Part shown: in pieces, positions 26,985 through 32,000 of the stretch | How the letters are laid out: every line of letters begins with the position of its first letter | How positions within the stretch are numbered: the first letter of the stretch is position 1 | Source: Formosa sp. Hel1_33_131 | GTDB taxonomy: Bacteria > Bacteroidota > Bacteroidia > Flavobacteriales > Flavobacteriaceae | NCBI RefSeq assembly: GCF_001735745.1 | Contig: NZ_CP017260.1 | Span: 1-32,000, forward strand | Direction: 5' to 3' | DNA: 32,000 nucleotides | Notes under the pieces: model-generated | The model's input: the letters and a program-made list of their open reading frames with translations, nothing else | Database searches by the model: none | What the model was told of the DNA's origin: nothing | Translations under genes and position numbers: made by a program

Positions 26985-28214
26985 TCAAAGAATATCCTTT
27001 GGAAAGCATATATAATGCTTTGTAACTGTTTTAGACAGTACTTTTGAAGAGAGGTGGTCCGATGCTTTTATGATATCTTTGATTTTTCCATTTTTATATA
27101 AAATCTTAAGTCCCCCCTGCTGTGGGTTGTATGCTAAGTTTTCTACATGCCCATTAAACACAAAATAAGAGGCTTCATGAGCATCTAATGTATATTCTAA
27201 CATAAGGTCTTGTTTGATGGATTCCACTTTGGAATCAGCAATCCGATTGTTTTTGAATTTTATTTTTAATAAGGTTCTGTTTAAGATCATTTCTGAGAGA
27301 TGACTCAACACAAAATCATCGTGAAATTGCCACGATTTTAAAGCCGACATCACATCATAATCATCCAATAATGAAAATTGATTCAAAGTAGCCGCCTCAA
27401 AATTAGTGGGATTGGTACTGCTGTTTAAAAAGAAACTTAAGGCGGAACTGGCTTCTAACTTCACTCCTTTGTGCGTCAATTCCTTGGCACGTTTCAAAAT
27501 GCGCGTGATCATTTGTTCGGCAACCAAACTTGTTTTATGAAGATAGACTTGCCAATACATCAAGCGGCGCGCCGTTAAAAATTTCTCAATAGAATAAATC
27601 CCTTTTTCTTCAATGACCAATTCATCGTTCACAACATTCATCATTGAAATCAAACGCTCACTGTTGATGTTTCCTTCGGAGACTCCTGTATAAAAACTAT
27701 CTCTTTTCAAATAATCAGAACGATCAATATCCAATTGTCCAGAGATCAGTTGTCCAAAAAACTTACGACTGTAATCCCCTTTAAACATTGAAATCGCTAC
27801 ATCAAGCGCGCCCTTAAATTCTATGTTTAAGGTTTCCATGAATTTTAAAGAAATTGCTTCGTGACTGATATTTTCTACAATGCTGTGTTCCATCGCATGA
27901 CTGAATGGTCCATGTCCAATGTCATGCAGCAAAATAGCGATGTACAAGCCGTTTTCTTCCGCTTCAGAAATTTGGACTCCTTTAAACCTTAAAATTCGAA
28001 CTGCATTTTGCATGAGATGCAGACAGCCCAACGCATGATGAAATCGGGTGTGGTGCGCCCCAGGATATACCAAATACGATAAGCCCATCTGAGAAATTCG
28101 TCGCAATCGCTGAAAATATTTGTGTGCGATTAAATCGAAAATTAATGTGTTCGGGATTGTAATAAATCCGTAAATTGGATCGTTAAATATTTTAAGCTTG
28201 TTGTTCGTATTCAA
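26985..28214 (-). CDS. HD domain-containing phosphohydrolase
   Basis: 409 aa. HTRFHHALGC...LLHDIGHGPFSH is the HD motif. The start codon appears to be TTG, because an in-frame TAA lies two codons upstream. Confidence 0.85.
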   Translation of the reverse strand: MNTNNKLKIFNDPIYGFITIPNTLIFDLIAHKYFQRLRRISQMGLSYLVYPGAHHTRFHHALGCLHLMQNAVRILRFKGVQISEAEENGLYIAILLHDIGHGPFSHAMEHSIVENISHEAISLKFMETLNIEFKGALDVAISMFKGDYSRKFFGQLISGQLDIDRSDYLKRDSFYTGVSEGNINSERLISMMNVVNDELVIEEKGIYSIEKFLTARRLMYWQVYLHKTSLVAEQMITRILKRAKELTHKGVKLEASSALSFFLNSSTNPTNFEAATLNQFSLLDDYDVMSALKSWQFHDDFVLSHLSEMILNRTLLKIKFKNNRIADSKVESIKQDLMLEYTLDAHEASYFVFNGHVENLAYNPQQGGLKILYKNGKIKDIIKASDHLSSKVLSKTVTKHYICFPKDIL

Positions 28215-28320
28215 ACTTTATAGTGTTAAATTTACATTCTAAACTTTCTTTAAAAAGTTTTACGACGTAAAAATACTAAAATGAAAGGACTTCTATTCTT
28301 AACTAAAAAAAATATAACAG

Positions 28321-29871
28321 ATGGGTAACATTAATATTTTATGGGTCGATGATGAAATTGAGTTTTTAAAGTCTCATATCATATTTTTAGAACAAAGAAA
28401 TTATACCGTAACCCCTTGTCAAAGTGGTACAGAAGCGCTTACACTTATCAAAGAAAATGATTTTGATATTGTGTTTTTAGATGAAAACATGCCCGGTCTG
28501 TCGGGATTAGAAACCTTGTCTGAACTCAAAGAAATTAAAGCAACACTTCCGGTAGTGATGATTACGAAGAGTGAAGAAGAGTATATTATGGAAGATGCAA
28601 TTGGAAATAAAATTGCCGATTATCTCATTAAGCCCGTCAATCCGAACCAAATTCTTTTATCACTTAAGAAAAACCTAGATCACAACAGACTAGTTTCAGA
28701 AAAAACATCTTCTAATTACTTACAAGAATTTCGTAAAATATCTATGAATTTAAATGAAATAAATTCATTTGAAGAATGGGAACAACTTTATAAAAAATTA
28801 GTGTTTTGGGAATTAGAGTTAGAATCGTCCAACGATGCCACCATGAGTGAAATATTAGACGCTCAAAAAATGGAAGCAAATCAACAATTTGGACGCTTTA
28901 TTGAGAAGTTTTATCCCGATTGGTTTGAGGACCACCAAGCGCCTGTGATGTCTCATACCCTCTTTAAAAATAAGATTGCAAACGAGCTTAGCGACTCCCA
29001 GCCTACCTTGCTTATTGTTATTGATAATTTAAGATATGACCAATGGAAAATACTGGAACCTACAGTAAACAACCACTATAAAACACAAGAAGAAAGTTTG
29101 TATTACAGTATTCTTCCAACGGCGACTCAGTACGCTAGAAATGCAATATTCTCAGGGTTAATGCCTAGTGAAATGGAGAAATTATATCCTCAGTATTGGA
29201 AAAACGATACAGATGAGGGTGGTAAAAATTTATTTGAAGCCGAATTTTTAGAAGCGCAATTAAAACGCTTAGGGCTTTCACATTTGAAACATGAATATAT
29301 AAAAATCACGAATTTAAGAGCAGGAAAAAAACTATCGGAAACCTTTAAAACAAAAGCGCAGAATGACTTAACCGTTTTGGTCTATAATTTTGTGGACATG
29401 TTGTCCCATGCAAAAACCGAAATGGAAGTTCTGAAAGAACTTGCTTCCAACGACAAAGGCTACAGATCGCTTACCAAGAGTTGGTTTCAAAATTCGCCCT
29501 TATTAGAGATTATCAAACAAGCCAAAGAGCTTAATTTTAAACTCATTATCACTACAGACCACGGAACCATCAACGTAAAAAATCCTTCTAAAGTCGTTGG
29601 TAATAAAGACACCAGTCTTAATTTACGCTATAAAACAGGACGCAGCATTTCTTATGAAGGAAAAGATGTGTTGGCAGTAAAAGATCCTAAATCAATTCAC
29701 CTCCCTTCAGCAGCAATGAATAGCACCTTTATTTTTGCCAAGGACAATCTGTTTTTTGCATATCCAAATAATTACAATTACTATGTGAATTATTTTAGAA
29801 ATACCTATCAACATGGAGGCATCTCTTTAGAAGAAGTCATTATTCCTTTTGTGGTTTTAAATCCTCGCTAA
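28321..29871 (+). CDS. porX: PorX-type response regulator (CheY-like receiver + PglZ domain)
   Basis: 516 aa. Receiver ILWVDDE...FLDENMPG..G followed by a PglZ/alkaline-phosphatase-like domain (TTDHGT). The architecture equals the T9SS regulator PorX. Confidence 0.8.
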   Translation: MGNINILWVDDEIEFLKSHIIFLEQRNYTVTPCQSGTEALTLIKENDFDIVFLDENMPGLSGLETLSELKEIKATLPVVMITKSEEEYIMEDAIGNKIADYLIKPVNPNQILLSLKKNLDHNRLVSEKTSSNYLQEFRKISMNLNEINSFEEWEQLYKKLVFWELELESSNDATMSEILDAQKMEANQQFGRFIEKFYPDWFEDHQAPVMSHTLFKNKIANELSDSQPTLLIVIDNLRYDQWKILEPTVNNHYKTQEESLYYSILPTATQYARNAIFSGLMPSEMEKLYPQYWKNDTDEGGKNLFEAEFLEAQLKRLGLSHLKHEYIKITNLRAGKKLSETFKTKAQNDLTVLVYNFVDMLSHAKTEMEVLKELASNDKGYRSLTKSWFQNSPLLEIIKQAKELNFKLIITTDHGTINVKNPSKVVGNKDTSLNLRYKTGRSISYEGKDVLAVKDPKSIHLPSAAMNSTFIFAKDNLFFAYPNNYNYYVNYFRNTYQHGGISLEEVIIPFVVLNPR

Positions 29872-29872
29872 A

Positions 29873-30298
29873 ATGACTAAAGAACTACATTTCAAGCTCG
29901 AAGAATTAGCAGAAGTCGCGCAAACAATTCTGAAAAATGCGCAGTCCAAAACACTGTTGTTTTATGGAGAAATGGGCACAGGAAAAACAACACTCATTAG
30001 CGCCATGGTCAAAGAAATGGGTGGAGCCGATACTGCTTCCAGTCCCACATTTTCCATTGTGAATGAGTATAAAGTTACAGAGGATACCGTCTATCATTTT
30101 GATTTTTACAGACTCAAAAACCAATATGAAGCATTGGACATGGGAATTGAAGATTATTTTTGTTCTGGTGTATGGAATTTTATCGAGTGGCCTGAAAAGA
30201 TTGAAAATTTACTTCCTGAAAACGTCACTGTTTTAGAATTGTCCCTTGCTGAAAATGGCGGTAGAATTCTCAAACTCTCAGAAAAAAAACTTTCTTAG
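29873..30298 (+). CDS. tsaE: tRNA t6A biosynthesis ATPase TsaE
   Basis: 141 aa. P-loop GEMGTGKTTL, SPTF, HFDFYRL. Confidence 0.9.
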   Translation: MTKELHFKLEELAEVAQTILKNAQSKTLLFYGEMGTGKTTLISAMVKEMGGADTASSPTFSIVNEYKVTEDTVYHFDFYRLKNQYEALDMGIEDYFCSGVWNFIEWPEKIENLLPENVTVLELSLAENGGRILKLSEKKLS

Positions 30299-30346
30299 GG
30301 GTGATCAAAAAAATAATTGTAAATTAGATGCTTTATACTAAAGGCT

Positions 30347-31546
30347 ATGCATAAACCAACTTCCCCTTTTACACGAGAACAATTACTTCCGAAAGAAGAA
30401 ACTTTAGAATTGACGAAGGAAAAAGGAGCCTTGTTTATTGGCATCCCAAAAGAAACCTCTTTTCAAGAAAAAAGAGTGTGTCTCACCCCCGATGCCGTTT
30501 CGGCGCTGACAAGCAATGGACACCGTTTATTGATTGAATCTGGTGCGGGAGACAATGCCAGTTTTGAAGATCATGAATACAGCGAAGCGGGCGCAGAAAT
30601 ATCTAAGGACAGAGCGAAAGTATTTGCCTGCCCTATAATTCTAAAAGTTGAACCTCCAACTTTAGAGGAAATTGCCCTATTAAATCCTAAAGCACTTTTG
30701 ATTTCTGCACTACAATTAAAAATGCAGCATAAAGAATATTTTAAGAAACTCGCCGAAAAACAAGTCACAGCATTGGGGTTTGAATTTATAAAAGATCAAG
30801 AAGGAGCGTTTACTGCGGTGCGCCAACTGAGTGAAATTGCAGGCTCTGCCTCTATTCTAATCGCCTCAGAAATTATGTCCATTACAAATGAAGGCAACGG
30901 TTTGATGTTTGGGAACATTAGTGGTGTCCCTCCAACAGAAGTGGTGATTATTGGTGCCGGAACTGTTGGTGAATTTGCAGCACGTGCTGCCATTGGACTC
31001 GGAGCCAACGTCCGTGTGTTTGATAATTCGATCAGCAAACTCCGTGCCTTGCAAGCGAATATTGGTCGAACGATTTACACGTCGACGATGCAACCTAAAA
31101 ACCTTCAAAAAGCATTGATGCGTTGCGATGTGGCTATTGGAGCGGCAAAAGGAAACAACAGAGCGCCTATTTTAGTGAGTGAAGCATTGGTAGAACAAAT
31201 GAAGCCAGGATCTGTGATTATAGATGTCAGTATCGATATGGGCGGCTGTTTTGAAACCAGTGAAGTTACTTCTCATGACAACCCCACTTTTGTAAAACAC
31301 GATGTGATACATTATTGTGTCCCTAATATTCCGGCGCGTTATGCACGAACTTCCTCAGTGTCAATTAGTAATATATTTACACCCTATCTTTTGAAAATTG
31401 CAGAAGATGGAGGGATAGAAAATTCACTAAGATTTGACATGGGATTAAAAAATGGATTGTACTTTTACCACGGCATTTTAACGAATAAATCTGTAGCCGA
31501 TTGGTTTGGTTTAGAGTACAGCGATGCCAATCTTTTAATCTTTTAA
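30347..31546 (+). CDS. Alanine dehydrogenase family protein (AlaDH/PNT)
   Basis: GIPKETSFQEKRVCLTP and the Rossmann motif VVIIGAGTVGEFAA. It has a ~25-aa N-terminal extension relative to classic Ald. Confidence 0.75.
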   Translation: MHKPTSPFTREQLLPKEETLELTKEKGALFIGIPKETSFQEKRVCLTPDAVSALTSNGHRLLIESGAGDNASFEDHEYSEAGAEISKDRAKVFACPIILKVEPPTLEEIALLNPKALLISALQLKMQHKEYFKKLAEKQVTALGFEFIKDQEGAFTAVRQLSEIAGSASILIASEIMSITNEGNGLMFGNISGVPPTEVVIIGAGTVGEFAARAAIGLGANVRVFDNSISKLRALQANIGRTIYTSTMQPKNLQKALMRCDVAIGAAKGNNRAPILVSEALVEQMKPGSVIIDVSIDMGGCFETSEVTSHDNPTFVKHDVIHYCVPNIPARYARTSSVSISNIFTPYLLKIAEDGGIENSLRFDMGLKNGLYFYHGILTNKSVADWFGLEYSDANLLIF

Positions 31547-31555
31547 AATTAATAA

Positions 31556-31915
31556 ATGAAGCTTGCTTACCGTTTTGTCTTTTACTTTGGAGGCTTCTCC
31601 ATAGGATTGGTCTTTTTAATGTTTTTTTTAAGTGGAAAAAAAACAAGTTGTGCCTACGGCCCTGATGCGCGTGTATTGAAAAACATTCAAATTAAGAGTC
31701 TTAAATATTCTGAATCCGTTCAAGAGCAACTCAATAACAATGTAATTGATACCTTAACTTTAAATTCCATATTTAAAGGGGCAGATATAAATTTCAGCAA
31801 AAGTGACACCAATTCAGTGCCTTGCAAAACGTATCGTGTTGTGGGAGATGTCTATGAATTGGATGTTGAAAATTGTGAACGCGTAGCAACAATCAAAACA
31901 CTTATAATCCGTTAG
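31556..31915 (+). CDS. Hypothetical membrane-anchored protein
   Basis: 119 aa with one N-terminal TM helix (FVFYFGGFSIGLVFLMFFL). I do not recognise a family. Confidence 0.5.
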   Translation: MKLAYRFVFYFGGFSIGLVFLMFFLSGKKTSCAYGPDARVLKNIQIKSLKYSESVQEQLNNNVIDTLTLNSIFKGADINFSKSDTNSVPCKTYRVVGDVYELDVENCERVATIKTLIIR

Positions 31916-32000
31916 ACATTTCGTCTTTGTTTTTCTTTTTTTATCAAGGAGAGCTCTCGACTTGTTTGTCCAGCAACCGAGGTGTTTTCCTCCGCCCTTC

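Noticed and set aside
28321-29871. A PglZ domain could suggest a BREX/PGL phage-defence component
   Set aside because: The receiver+PglZ architecture and length match the T9SS regulator PorX. The neighbours are housekeeping genes (tsaE, ald-like, HD/lpx), and no other BREX genes (pglX, brxC, brxL and others) are present.
31912-32000. GC-richer tail of the window. One minus-strand frame is open for 28 codons to the window edge (…RAEENTSVAGQTSRELSLIKKEKQRRNV*), and the segment contains a GAGAGCTCTC palindrome.
   Set aside because: It could be the 3' end of a convergent gene or part of a structured RNA. I compared it by eye with RNase P, tmRNA and riboswitch cores and found no match. The segment is too short and is cut by the window edge, so I make no call.

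Overview
Low-GC chromosomal segment that looks like Bacteroidota, class Flavobacteriia. Supporting signs are T9SS C-terminal sorting domains, a PorX-type PglZ response regulator, an lpxC-fabZ fusion, and TTG-N19-TAnnTTTG promoters. Most of the window is housekeeping: dnaN, an ABC-F ATPase, fsa, an SDR, glutaminyl cyclase, sucD, a lipid A cluster (lpxD-lpxC/fabZ-lpxA-efp-lpxD2), an HD hydrolase, porX-like, tsaE and an alanine dehydrogenase-like gene. An SRP RNA gene with no ORF lies at about 14975-15075 (-). Two small accessory patches stand out. (1) At 8.7-10.0 kb there is a toxin-first MqsR/MqsA-like module. Its toxin reading frame is broken at an A9 homopolymer, a perfect palindrome sits at its promoter, and short gene remnants lie beside it. 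(2) At 19.2-21.05 kb there is a 1.9 kb islet bracketed by two about 99% identical 245-bp direct repeats. Each repeat looks like an internally deleted REP-associated tyrosine transposase (RAYT-like) gene flanked by about 30-bp hairpin-forming inverted repeats. The islet carries an orphan RHS core fragment (frameshifted by a 5-bp tandem duplication and truncated at the element junction), an intact ParE/RelE-type TA pair, and a 5'-truncated ORF. A large T9SS cargo gene (5003-8567) is split from its sorting domain by a frameshift. An intergenic nested-hairpin repeat family occurs at least 2.5 times. I found no CRISPR array, tRNA or rRNA. All homology statements come from reading the translations, not from database searches.
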